Of a stretch of 64,000 nucleotides of DNA, positions 11,903 to 24,104 are shown one piece after another (position 1 is the first letter of the stretch; each line of letters begins with the position of its first letter). Origin of the DNA: Mobula hypostoma. Taxonomy: Eukaryota. Both the position numbers and the translations under genes were made by a program. The notes below the pieces were generated by a model. It saw only the letters and a list, made by a program, of their open reading frames with translations, did no database searches and was not told the origin of the DNA. The stretch lies in contig NC_086098.1 in NCBI RefSeq assembly GCF_963921235.1, positions 620,001-684,000 on the forward strand, read 5' to 3'.

Positions 11903-14900
11903 CTGAGGTGACTTTAAACTAGAATGGTTAGGGGGTGGGAATCAAATTAAAGAGGCTAGGCGAGAGGAGGTTAGTTCACAACAGGGGGATGGGAACCAGT
12001 GCAGAGAGACAGAGGGGTGTAAAGTGAGGGTAGAAGCAAAAAGTAGTAAGGAGAAAAGTAAAAGTGGCAGGCCGACAAATCCAGGGCAAGCATCAAAAAG
12101 GGCCACTTTTCAACATAATTGTATAAGGGCTAAGGGAGTTGTAAAAGAGCACCCGAAGGCTTTGTGTCAATGCAAGGAGCATTCGTAACAAGGTGGATGA
12201 ATTGAAAGTGCAGATTGTTATTAATGATTATGATATAGTTGGGATCACAGAGATATGAGACAGAGACAAGATGAGATTAACGCAATAGAAAGGAAGGACA
12301 TAAGCCGGGAAGATGTGGAATCGATATGGGTAGAGCTGCATAACACTAAGGGGCAGAAAACGCTGGTGGGAGTTGTGTACAGGCCACCGAACTGTAGTAG
12401 TGAGGTCGGAGATGGTATTAAACAGGAAATTAAAAATGTGTGCAATAAAGGAACAGCAGTTATAATGGGTGACTTCAATCTACATGTAGATTGGGTGAAC
12501 CAAATTGGTAAAGATGCTGAGGAAGAGGATTTCTTGGAATGTATGCGGGATGGTTTTTTGAACCAACATGTCGAGGAACCAACTAGAGAGCAGGCCATTC
12601 TAGACTGGGTTTTGAGCAATGAGGAAGGGTTAAATAGCAATCTTGTCGTGAGAGGCCCCTTGGGTAAGAGTAACCATAATATGGTGGAATTCTTCATTAA
12701 GATGGAGAGTGACATAGTTAATTCAGAAACAAAGGTTCTGAACTTAAAGAGGGGTAACTTTGAAGGTATGAGACGTGAATTAGCTAAGATAGATTGGCAA
12801 ATGACACTTAAAGGATTGATGGTGGATATGCAATGGCAGGCAATTTAAGATCGCATGGATGAACTACAACAATTGTTCATCCCAGTTTGGCAAAAGAATA
12901 AATCAAGGAAGGTAGTTCACCCATGGCTGACAAGAGAAATTAGGGATAGTATCAATTCCAAAGAAGAAGCATACAAATTAACCAGAAAAAGTGGCTCACC
13001 TGAGGACTGGGAGAAATTCAGAGTTCAGCAGAGGAGGACAAAGGGCTTAATTAGGAAGGGGAGAAAAGATTATGAGAGAAAACTGGCAGGGAACATAAAA
13101 ACTGATTGTAAAAGCTTTTATAGATATGTAAAAAAGGAAAAGACTGGTAAAGACAAATGTAGGTCCCCTACAGACAGAAACAGGTGAATTGATTATGGGG
13201 AGCAAGGACATCGCAGACCAACTGAATAATTACTTTGGTCCTGTCTTCACTAAGGAGGACATAAATAATCTTCCAGAAATAGTAGGGGACAGAGGGTCCA
13301 GTGAGATGGAGGAACTGAGCGAAATACATGTTAGTAGGGAAGTGGTGTTAGGTAAATTGAAAGGATTAAAGGCAGATAAATCCCCAGGGCCAGATGGTCT
13401 GCATCCCAGAGTGCTTAAGGAAGTAGCCCAAGAAATAGTGGATGCATCAGTGATAATTTTTCAAAACTCGTTAGATTCTGGACTAGTTCCTGAGGATTGG
13501 AGGGTGGCTAATGTAACCTCACTTTTTAAAAAAGGAGGGAGAGAGAAACCGGGGAATTATAGACCGGTTAGCCTAATGTCGGTGATGGGGAAATTGCTGG
13601 AGTCAGTTATCAAAGATGTGATAACAGCATATTTGGAAAGCGGTGAAATGATCGGACAAAGTCAGCATGGATTTGTGAAAGGAAAATCATGTCTGCCGAA
13701 TCTCATAGAATTTTTTGAGGATGTAACTAGTAGAGTGGATAGGGGAGAACCAGTGGATGTGGTATATTTGGATTTTCAAAAGGCTTTTGACAAGGTCCCA
13801 CACAGGAGATTAGTGTGCAAACTTAAAGCACACGGTATTGGGGGTAAGGTATTGGTGTGGGTGGAGAATTGGTTAGCAGACAGGAAGCAAAGAGTGGGAA
13901 TAAACGGGACCTTTTCAGAATGGCAGGCGGTGACTAGTGGGGTACCGCAAGGCTCAGTGCTGGGACCCCAGTTGTTTACAATATATATTAATGACTTGGA
14001 TGAGGGAATTAAATGCAGCATCTCCAAGTTTGCGGATGACACAAAGCTGGGTGGCAGTGTTAGCAGTGAGGAGGATGCTAAGAGGATGCAGGGTGACTTG
14101 GATAGGTTGGGTGAGTGGGCAAACTCATGGCAGATGCAATTTAATGTGGATAAATGTGAAGTTATCCACTTTGGTGGCAAAAATAGGAAAACAGATTATT
14201 ATCTGAATGGTGGCCGATTAGGAAAAGGGGAGGTGCAACGAGACCTGGGTGTCATTGTACACCAGTCATTGAAAGTGGGCATGCAGGTACAGCAGGCGGT
14301 GAAAAAGGCGAATGGTATGCTGGCATTTATAGCGAGAGGATTCGAGTACAGGAGCAGGGAGGTACTACTGCAGTTGTACAAGGCCTTGGTGAGACCACAC
14401 CTTGAGTATTGTGTGCAGTTTTGGTCCCCTAATCTGAGGAAAGACATCTTTGCCATAGAGGGAGTACAAAGAAGGTTCACCAGATTGATTCCTGGGATGG
14501 CAGGTCTTTCATATGAAGAAAGACTGGATGAACTGGGCTTGTACTCGTTGGAATTTAGAAGATTGAGGGGGGATCTGATTGAAACGTATAAGATCCTAAA
14601 GGGATTGGACAGGCTAGATGCGGGAAGATTGTTCCCGATGTTGGGGAGGTCCAGAACGAGGGGTCACAGTTTGAGGATAGAGGGGAAGCCTTTTAGGACC
14701 GAGATTAGGAAAAACTTCTTCACACAGAGAGTGGTGAATCTGTGGAATTCTCTGCCACAGCAAACTGTTGAGGCCAGTTCATTAGCTATGTTTAAAAGGA
14801 AGTTAGATATGGCCCTTGTGGCTACAGGGGTCAGGGGGTATGGAGGGAAGGCTGGGTTCTGAGTTGGATGATCAGCCATGATCATAATAAATGGCGGTGC

Positions 14901-14952
14901 AGGCTCGAAGGGCCGAATGGCCTACTCCTGCACCTATTTTCTATGTTTCTAT
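11903..14952 (+). mobile_element. 5'-truncated CR1 subfamily A (copy A2)
   Basis: Near-identical to 7337-10480; about 110-bp deletion near 12255; tail at 14950. Confidence 0.95.
13189..14862 (+). CDS. CR1 ORF2 RT + C-terminal domain, open for 557 codons (upstream frameshift separates it from APE)
   Basis: All RT motifs are uninterrupted through to the natural stop. Confidence 0.85.
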   Translation: MIMGSKDIADQLNNYFGPVFTKEDINNLPEIVGDRGSSEMEELSEIHVSREVVLGKLKGLKADKSPGPDGLHPRVLKEVAQEIVDASVIIFQNSLDSGLVPEDWRVANVTSLFKKGGREKPGNYRPVSLMSVMGKLLESVIKDVITAYLESGEMIGQSQHGFVKGKSCLPNLIEFFEDVTSRVDRGEPVDVVYLDFQKAFDKVPHRRLVCKLKAHGIGGKVLVWVENWLADRKQRVGINGTFSEWQAVTSGVPQGSVLGPQLFTIYINDLDEGIKCSISKFADDTKLGGSVSSEEDAKRMQGDLDRLGEWANSWQMQFNVDKCEVIHFGGKNRKTDYYLNGGRLGKGEVQRDLGVIVHQSLKVGMQVQQAVKKANGMLAFIARGFEYRSREVLLQLYKALVRPHLEYCVQFWSPNLRKDIFAIEGVQRRFTRLIPGMAGLSYEERLDELGLYSLEFRRLRGDLIETYKILKGLDRLDAGRLFPMLGRSRTRGHSLRIEGKPFRTEIRKNFFTQRVVNLWNSLPQQTVEASSLAMFKRKLDMALVATGVRGYGGKAGF

Positions 14953-17056
14953 ATTATCATCCAAACTCCTGTCCAATTTCCAACTTCCGTTTAACATAAT
15001 TTCCTTTCTCAAATCACCTAATTCTCTAGAACTGTGTAATGCTTGGAACACCTCTACAAAAATATCAGCCTTTTCTTTATTGGTTACAGCTTCAACATCC
15101 CCTTCCAGCAAAGCTGGGATAGATGGTTTCCTATATATCCCTGTCATTCTGTGAATGATTGTCCGTAGCTACTTTATAGGTGGCTCAGGGCCCAGGGTTC
15201 CACAAAATCTTCTCCACCTATCTCTCTTTGCATTTTTAATTACTCTCCTTGTTACTGCTCTTTCCTTTTTATACTCCATAACATTATCTAACACTGGGTA
15301 CTTTCTTAATTTCCTGTAAGCTCTATTTCTGTTTCTCATTGCTATATCACAATTTTTATTCCACCACGGAACTAATGCTTGAGCCTTAGGAACGTTCCGT
15401 AGTGGAATAGTCAACTGAGCAACTTTATGAATTATAGAACAGAGGGATTCATTCCAATCGTCTATAGAGCCCTCGCCATTAATCTTTTCTATTATATCCA
15501 CAGCTTTCTCCTGGTACTCATCCAAATGGGCCAAAGAAAAATTATACCTAGCAGACCTCTCCTCAGCCTCTACTATCAAATTTCTACCAAATCTACAAAA
15601 CATAGGATAGTGATCACTTCCTAGTGTGTATCTATCCATAACATCCCATTCCCCAACCCTAGCTAAATTTGAGGAAGTGATAGATAAGTCTAAGTGACTA
15701 CAAGTATTCTTTACAATATTAAATCTTGTAGGCCTTCCGTACCATGTTGTATTTATCTAGAAACTCCTCTATTACTGCTCCATTACTATCTTTACTTTCA
15801 CTACCCCATATAGGATTATGGGCAATGAAATCTCCATCCCAGATTACTGGGGATTTTACCTTATTCATAATTTCATCCAAATCTGATAACATCATATTAC
15901 CTGGATTATAAAAGTTAATCAAAGTTGTTTGACCACGAGAGCTCCAAACCTCCACAGCCACAATTTCAAGGTTAGATTTAAAATCAAGTCTTCTGAACTG
16001 GAGTCCTGTTTTTATGAAAGTTGCACACCCTCCACCAGATTTACCCATTCTGTCTGCTCTCAAACTATCATATCCAGGGATCATAAAATCTAAATGAGGT
16101 TTTAACCATGTCTCCTGTATACAGATCAAATCAGGCTTGTCTTTAAAAGTTCCAACAAATCTTTTTAATTCTTGACCATTTGCAGTTAAACTTCTTGCAT
16201 TCCATTGTAATATTAAAAATATCCAAATACTAATTATTGGCCTCTTCATCCACATAAAGCTCCTCCATACTCTCTGACCCCGACAACTGGGAAGTGTTCA
16301 GTGATTGTTTGTCTGTCATATACTCATGTAATTTTTCCGGCGAAATCTGTTTTATATCAAGGAATCTCTCTGCAGCTCCAACAACTACTTTTAACATATC
16401 CGACCTCTTGGTTGCAGTTTTAGCCCCGACCAATACATCAACAACAAACGCCAAAAAAAAACTCTTTAGTCATCAACAACATGCCTGAAGGAACCATAGT
16501 TGGAGAACTCAGAATGTACCGACTTCCCATGGTTCCAATCTTTTCTTTACTTATCCTTTGCTCTCTATCAATTTTCTTTACTGTCTCAGAATATGATATT
16601 TTATGTTGGTTACTACCATCCTGAACCTGCTTTGCCTTACTAAAATGCTCACATCCTCTGAATGCCGCTGTATGATCCCCTCCACAGTTACTGCATTTAG
16701 GTGCCGCTGCCTTACATGCTTTAATATCATGATCCTCTCCACATATCATACATCTTCTTTTACCTCGACATGAACCAGCAACATGTCCAGATCTCTGGCA
16801 ATTATAACAGCGCAAGGGAGGTCTAATATATTCTCTAGCTTGATAAGACATGCACCCAAGATAGACTCTAGTTGGAAGAACGTCACCTGCAAAAACCAGA
16901 AGAACAGAAGAATCCCAATCACCACCTTTTCTCGATTTTAATCGTTTGCCTTCAATCACTCAACCACATTTAATATTGTCCAAAATTTCCTTTTCAGTCA
17001 TGCCAGACCAAATACCGTACACTACCCCCCTAACTCCCTTCCTTTCTTTCGGAGTA
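14953..17056 (-). mobile_element. Nimb/I-group LINE: ORF1 C-half, APE endonuclease and linker
   Basis: ORF 16438 has three knuckles (CYNCQRSGHVAGSC, CMICGEDHDIKAC, CSNCGGDHTAAFRGC); ORF 15719 has ILQWNARSL, IQETWL, GDFIAHNPIWGS; ORF 15169 has GSDHYP, VPWWN. Confidence 0.9.
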
Positions 17057-17769
17057 GGTTTCCCCCGCCATCCGAAGGTAGAGTGTTCCTATGAAACAGT
17101 TTGTGAGCCGAAATGCCGTAAGGCGAAGAAGCAATTACCATTTATTTAAATGGGAAAATTTTGTGAGCGTTCGCAGACCCAAAAATAACCTACCCAATCA
17201 TGCCAAATAACACACAAAACCTAAAATAACAGTAACATATAGTAAAAGCAGGAATGATATGATAAATACACAGCCTATATAAAGTAGGAATACTTTTCCA
17301 CAATCGTTACTACACTGTTCTCCATAGCGAAAGTTTCACGCAAGTGCCGTCGGCAGAAAATCTCACGCAAGCGCTGTTGGCAAAAACACGGCGCAAGCGC
17401 TCTCCGGTAACCTTTAAACCATGAAGCTGCCAAATCATACCAAATAACACGTAAAAATACACAGCCTATATAAAGTAGAAATAATGTATGTACAGTGTAG
17501 TATCACTTACTGGAGTTGGGAAGACAGCGCAGAGCACACTGATGATGGTGTTTTGGGCTGAGTCGTCGTAGGTTGGCTGGTGCAGTGGCCCCCACCCTCC
17601 AGGCCGCTGACCGATACATTGCCGCGAGGCACGCAGGGGTCCAGCAGTAGCCAGGAGGCACACAGCACATCTTTAAGAAAAAAGCCAAAATAAACATGCT
17701 AATTAATTAGGTGCCACCTGGCACGTAATTGTCAGCCCAGATCAATGCTGATTTCTGACTGCGTCGTCT

Positions 17770-19502
17770 TAGTCATAGTCATACTTTATTGATCCCGGGG
17801 GAAATTGGTTTTCATTACAGTTGCGCCATAAATAATAAATAGTAATAGAAATAGTAATAGTAATATTACTATTAGTAAATAGTAATAGTCATGGAAATAA
17901 TAAATAGTAATACATAGTTAAATAGTAATAGAAACATAGAAACATAGAAAATAGGTGCAGGAGTAGGCCATTCGGCCCTTCGAGCCTGCACCGCCATTTA
18001 TTATGATCATGGCTGATCATCCAACTCAGAACCCAGCCTTCCCTCCATACCCCCTGACCCCTGTAGCCACAAGGGCCATATCTAACTTCCTTTTAAACAT
18101 AGCTAATGAACTGGCCTCAACAGTTTGCTGTGGCAGAGAATTCCACAGATTCACCACTCTCTGTGTGAAGAAGTTTTTCCTAACCTCGGTCCTAAAAGGC
18201 TTCCCCTCTATCCTCAAACTGTGACCCCTCGTTCTAGACCTCCCCAACATCGGGAACAATCTTCCCGCATCTAGCCTGTCCAATCCCTTTAGGATCTTAT
18301 ACGTTTCAATCAGATCCCCCCTCAATCTTCTAAATTCCAACGAGTACAAGCCCAGTTCATCCAGTCTTTCTTCATATGAAAGACCTGCCATCCCAGGAAT
18401 CAATCTGGTGAACCTTCTTTGTACTCCCTCTATGGCAAAGATGTCTTTCCTCAGATTAGGGGACCAAAACTGCACACAATACTCCAGGTGTGGTCTCACC
18501 AAGGCCTTGTACAACTGCAGTAGTACCTCCCTGCTCCTGTACTCGAATCCTCTCGCTATAAATGCCAGCATACCGTTCGCCTTTTTCACCGCCTGCTGTA
18601 CCTGCATGCCCACTTTCAATGACTGGTGTATAATGACACCCAGGTCTCGTTGCACCTCCCCTTTTCCTAATCGGCCACCATTCAGATAATAATCTGTTTT
18701 CCTATTTTTGCCACCAAAGTGGATAACTTCACATTTATCCACATTAAATTGCATCTGCCATGAGTTTGCCCACTCACCCAACCTATCCAAGTCACCCTGC
18801 ATCCTCTTAGCATCCTCCTCACTGCTAACACTGCCACCCAGCTTTGTGTCATCCGCAAACTTGGAGATGCTGCATTTAATTCCCTCATCCAAGTCATTAA
18901 TATATATTGTAAACAACTGGGGTCCCAGCACTGAGCCTTGCGGTACCCCACTAGTCACCGCCTGCCATTCTGAAAAGGTCCCGTTTATTCCCACTCTTTG
19001 CTTCCTGTCTGCTAACCAATTCTCCACCCACACCAATACCTTACCCCCAATACCGTGTGCTTTAAGTTTGCACACTAATCTCCTATGTGGGACCTTGTCA
19101 AAAGCCTTTTGAAAATCCAAATATACCACATCCACTGGTTCTCCCCTATCCACTCTACTAGTTACATCCTCAAAAAATTCTATATAAATATAAATAAGTA
19201 AATTAAGCCAGTAAATTATGAAATAAATCCAGGACCGGCTTATCGGCTCAGGGTGTCTGACCCTCCAAGGGAGGAGTTGTAAAGTTTGATGGCCACAGGC
19301 AGGAATGACTTCCTATGACGCTCTGTGTTGCATCTCGGTGGAATGAGTCTCTGGCTGAATGTACTCCTGTGCCCACCCAGTACATTATGTAGTGGATGGA
19401 AGACATTGACCAAGATGGCATGCAACTTAGACAGCATCCTCTTTTCAGACACCACTGTGAGAGAGTCCAGTTCCATCGCCACAACATCACTGGCCTTACG
19501 AA
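17770..19502 (-). mobile_element. Rex1/Babar-type LINE 3' fragment, split by CR1 copy A3
   Basis: ORF 19240 (HPLH..PRCNTERHRKSFLPVAIKLYN); 3'UTR with AATAAA and a (TATGAC)n tail at 17770. Confidence 0.75.
17928..19183 (-). mobile_element. 5'-truncated CR1 subfamily A (copy A3), open 375-codon RT/C-terminal frame
   Basis: ORF 18026-19153 differs from A2 at only 2 residues. Confidence 0.95.
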
Positions 19503-20368
19503 TGATCTGAGCCGACAATTACATGTCAGGCCGCACCTAATTAATTAGCTTGTTTATTTCGGCTTTTTTCTTAAAGATGTGCTGTGTGCCTCCCGGCTAC
19601 CGCTGCATTCTCCGTGAATTGGTATCTGTCTGTGGCCTGGGGGTTGGAGTGGTGGGACACTGGGGTGTCATCTCGTCATCTGTTTCCTTTAGAGCAGGCA
19701 GGTCATCTTCTATCTTGGCCCGCCTCGATGTCGAAGGTCGAGGTTCGCATTTTTCTATCATACAGTTCTTTGTAAGGACTCAAACCATCTTGCAAATATC
19801 CCCTAAACCTACGTAACCCTTTCAAAATTAAAGTCGTACTTTATCATTGCCGCGAAAATCTCACGTAGTTGCTTCACTTTCGCTACTGCATTCGGTTTCG
19901 ATTGTTATCTTTTCCTCTTCCAATTGCATCAGCTCTTCATCTATCAGTTCTTGGTCATGGGATGCCAAAACCTCTTCAACATCATTTTCGTCAGCTTCCA
20001 CAAGCCAAACTCACTTAGTTCATACTTCGTTCACTACGATCGAAACGCGTAATTATGTCTAGTTTTACGCTAAGTGTAACACCCTTACGAGCTCTTCCAG
20101 GCTTTTCCGATACCTTAGAACTCATCTTGCAGCAGCTGCTCACAGGCATGTGATTAAGCAGTGCCGGCGAGAATGCAGTTCTGAATCCAGAGGAGAGTAG
20201 CTGTTCGGGGCACGCGCTGCCTTTTATCGTGCGCTGAATTTTTTATCGCGCGCTGCTTTTTTTTCATAACAGTGAAAACACCTTCTGAAAGCGAAAATGG
20301 AACTAATGTAGGTCTTTCGTAACAGTGAGGTTTCGTAAAGCGAATGTTCGAAAAGTGGGGGACACCTG

Positions 20369-20860
20369 TAATACACTCCACTTTCACAACCAATTTTCCC
20401 ACCATTTTAGCATTGTGATATTGGTCAATACCTCTGCAACAAATTTTCAGCAATCCATTAGACAAAATCTTGGCCTGGAATCCTTTACCTATGTGGTTCT
20501 CTAATGCTGCTGGCGCTTTCAAAGGATTAAGGGCTCTAAATCCTCCTCCCCCTTCCTTCTGACCTTTAATTTTATACAGAACTATAAATTCCTCCAATTC
20601 ACCCATCTTCCTCAATTTGTTGTCCCCCATTGCTTCGGGTGTTTCACTTGATGCACCCCTTTTTTGGCTACCCTTACTTCTGGAGTATTCCACAGTCTCC
20701 CACCCTCCTCCTTCAACCTCAACCCCCTCTCCCTTTTGCAGTCATAGGCTACAGCTTAACTCTTTCCAAACTACTAGGCTGAATCTGGGTAAGATATTTC
20801 CAACTCCCTTGCAGTCAGGAACCTCTCAACCCAGCCTCTCCTCCTCTCCCCAAAACCACC
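20369..20860 (-). mobile_element. Nimb/I-group LINE ORF1 N-terminal part
   Basis: ORF 20154-20693 (NPLK..AKILSNGLLKICC..VKVECI) joins PKERKGVRGVVYGI at 17056 across the TA site. Confidence 0.75.
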
Positions 20861-21538
20861 TCGTTAATTCCCCTTATTCTCCTAATTCCCTTTTCTCTGT
20901 GTTTTCCTGGGCTCCTTGATTACAGCACCTGATTCTCATCTAAACTTGCAGCATAAAAACCCCGGCTTTGCATTCACTCGTTGCCAGACTGTCGCTTCAG
21001 CCAGTGTGGTAATTCACATTCCCGGCAGCTTAGAATGGTGTATTCTAAGTTTTAATTCAGTATCGAGATTTACCTGTGTAACTCTGTCTCTCTGTGTCAA
21101 GATAAATATCGCCTGCTGTTGGTCTTTCCATTCGCCTGTCTCCTTTTTGCCGTTCAGCTCCAGCAATGCCTTGTGTCAAGAAAGGTTTTGCTTGCCTCCT
21201 GCTCTTCTGTTCATCTGCGCTGTTTGCCTGTGTTAACAGGAGCATGGCATGCCTCCCGCCGTTCTCCCCCAGCTACGCTCATCCCCTTATCCGCATCCCT
21301 GCTCTGCCTCGTCTCGCCGTCTGTCTATACTCTCTGCTGGCTCAATGGTTAAATGTGGCGTTCTCACCGTAGTGATCCGGGTTCGATCCCCAGTCCAGCT
21401 TTGCTCATTCCTCGGCTTTCCTTGGCCTAATCCTCGCTCCCTGGCCTTCCCTGCAACCATTAATAAACACTCTTCTGATTACACTACCTCCGTGTCAGTG
21501 TCCTGTGTTTGGGTTCACCCGTTCTTCTCGCTGCAACA
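20860..21538 (+). mobile_element. Probable LTR remnant (5' end not seen)
   Basis: Non-coding; CACCTG then CATAAAA motif, AATAAA at 21462, ends TTTGGGTTC..TGCAACA like fish Gypsy LTRs; no TSD found. Confidence 0.5.
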
Positions 21539-22300
21539 TGGGCATGCACTTTGGTAGTAGGAATAAATGTGCGGCCTATTTTCTAAATGGGGAGAAAATC
21601 CAGAAATCTGAAATGCAAAGGGACTTGTGCAGAATACCCTAAAGGTTAACTTGCAGGTTAAGTCAGTGGTGAGGAAGGCAAATGCCATGTTAGCATTCAT
21701 TTCAATAGGTCTAGAACACAAGAGCAAGGATGTGATGCTGAGGCTTTATAAGGCACTGGTGAGGCCTTACCTTGAATATTGGGAACAGTTTGAGGCTCCT
21801 CATCTAAGAAAAGAGGTGAAGGCATTGGAGAGGGCTCAGAGGAGGCACACAAGGATAATTGGGGAATGAAATGTTTATCATATGAAGAGTGTTTTTGTAG
21901 TTCTGGGTCTGTACTTGCTGGAACTTGGAAGGATTAAGGGGATCCTCATTGAAACCTTTCGAATGTTGAAATGGAAAAGAAGTTTCCCATGTTGTGGGAG
22001 TCTAGGACAAGAGGGCACAGCACCAGCGGAGAGGGGCATCCATTTAAAACTGAGGTGCAGTGAAATTTCTTTAGCCACAAGCTGGTGAATTTGTAGAATT
22101 AATACTACAGGCAGCTGGGAAGGTCAGATTATTGGGTGTATATAAGGCAGCGGTTGATAGTTTCTTGATTGGACACAGCATCAAAGATTATGGGGAGAAA
22201 GCTTGGTAGTGGGGCTGAGGAGGGGAGAAAAGGATCAGCCATGACTGAATGGCAAAGTAGTCTCAGCAGGCCGAATTGCCTAATTCTGCTCCTATGTCTA
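21539..22300 (+). mobile_element. Old CR1 3' fragment
   Basis: ORF 21627 KANAMLAFI..LVRPYLEY; decayed 3'UTR. Confidence 0.85.
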
Positions 22301-22519
22301 ATGATGGTATTTTCTTAATTAGACCATGAGTTTCAAAATCCTTATGTACCCTATCCCAATGAATTTTCTCCAGCTATTCCCCTACAACTGATGTGAGACT
22401 TTCCAGTCTATAGTTCCCAGGATTGAACCTTGCTCCTTTCTTAAACAGTAGTCAATCACCAGTCCTCCGGGACCTTGCCTGTGGCTAGAGGTCACAAAGA
22501 TACTGCTCAATCAAAGTCA

Positions 22520-24100
22520 GGATCATGTGAAAAGAGTACCTTTTAACTGGGCGGGTGTTTGATATTTAACAGCAGAGTTTTGTGGGAGTTTCTCTGAGTT
22601 GAGAATTAACCAATCAGCAGTCATTGGAAAGAGCCAATAAAAAATAACTCAAGTGCTAGCATAGTGGCCAGTCTTTTGAGGGTGCTAGTCTTTAGAGTGG
22701 CTTTGGCTCATCAGGCTGAGATGAAATCAGGCCTGGGCAAGGTAAAGTACCTTGGAATTACTCTCTTTCTGTCTTTGTTGTTCATCTGTTAAGGCATAGT
22801 AGTTTAGGGAGAATAACTCCAGGGGCAATGTTCTGTACTCTGTTGGGGATGTGGGAAGTCTGGGAGACCTGTCGTCTCCCAGCTAAACGCACCTGCAACA
22901 CTTGTAGCTCCTGAGAGACTGTATTAACGAACTGGAGCTGCAGTTAGATGAGCTTCGACTCATACAGGAGAATGAGGTGCTGATAGACAGGATCTACAGG
23001 AAAGTAGTCACCCCCAGATTGCAGGAGAAAGGTAACTGGGTGACTGTCAGGAAAAGTAGGGAAATGCACACCCAGTGCAGAGTACACCTGTGGCCATTCC
23101 CCTCAAGAATAATTATTCAACTTTAGAAGAGCAGAGAGCTGAAGAGCAATCCAGTGTTGACAGAAGATTCCGTAGTCAGAGAAACAGAGATAAGGTTCTA
23201 TGGGTGCGATAGAGATACCCAAACGGTATGTTGCCTCCCTGGTGTCAGTATCAGGGATATATCAGATCAGGTCCTTGGCATTCTTAAGGCTGAAGGCAAG
23301 CAAGGTGAGGGTGGCTGATGAACTGGTGCAGGGGGCAGGAGTTTAGATTTATGGATCATTGGGATCTCGTCTGGGGAAAGTATAACCTTTACAAAAGGGA
23401 CCGGTTGCCCCTGAACCTGAGGGGTTCCAAAATCCTTGCATGGAGGTTCACTGGAATTGTTCCGGTGGGTGTAAACTAATTTGACAGGAGGATGGGACTG
23501 GAGTGATAGTGCTGAAGATGAGGTAGTTGATTTACAAACAGGCAATATATAGTGAGACTCTGAGCAAGGAGAAGCGGTCAACAGGCTGAGTTGCAACATA
23601 AAAAATGGGCAAAATCAAAAAGGGTGAGTACAGGACTTGAATGTGCTGACTATAGGAAATAAGGTAGATGAACTTGTAGCACTGTTACAGATGGGCATGA
23701 ATGATGTTGTAGACATCACTGAATCATGGCTCAATGTCCAAGGATACACATCCTGTTGAAAGGACAAACAGAAAGGCAGAGGGGGTGCTCTGTTTGTAAA
23801 AAATGAAATCAAATCATTAGAAAGAGGTTTTGAATCATTGTGGATTGAGTTAAGGAACCGCAATGATAAAAAGACCCTGATGTGAGTCACAAACAGACCC
23901 CCAAACAGTAGTAAAGATGTGGCCTAAAAATTACAACAAGAGACAGAAAATGTATGCCAAAAAGGGCAATGATACAATTTCATGGGGTTTTCAGTAAGTA
24001 GGTAGATTAGGAAAATCAGGTTGGTGCTGGATTCCAAGAGGGAAAATATCTGGAATGCCAACAAAATTGCTTATTAGAGCACCTCGTAGTTGAGCCTACG
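22520..24100 (+). mobile_element. Old CR1 5' half (5'UTR, ORF1, APE), degraded
   Basis: GC box and CCAAT motifs, then decayed ORF1 (STPVAIPL, CCLPG, MDHWDL) and APE (ITESW). Confidence 0.75.
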
Positions 24101-24104
24101 GGAT

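Larger units (their letters stand above)
17057..20368 (-). mobile_element. Non-autonomous Tigger/pogo-type DNA transposon hosting nested LINEs
   Basis: TA at 17055-56 and 20369-70; ends GGTTTCCCCCGCCATCCG and (rc) CAGGTGTCCCCCACTTTTCG; acidic transposase C-terminal remnant on the minus strand near 19880-20000 (EADENDVEEVLASHDQELIDEELMQLEEE). Confidence 0.75.

Noticed and set aside
17830..17930. (AATAGT)n low-complexity tract as a functional repeat
   Set aside because: Simple-repeat expansion in a Rex1 3'UTR next to a CR1 tail
21335..21395. tRNA-like text GGCTCAATGGTTAA...GGGTTCGATCCCCAG inside the putative LTR
   Set aside because: A/B-box-like strings are visible, but I cannot build a full cloverleaf by eye; it may be a tRNA-derived remnant and needs tRNAscan-SE
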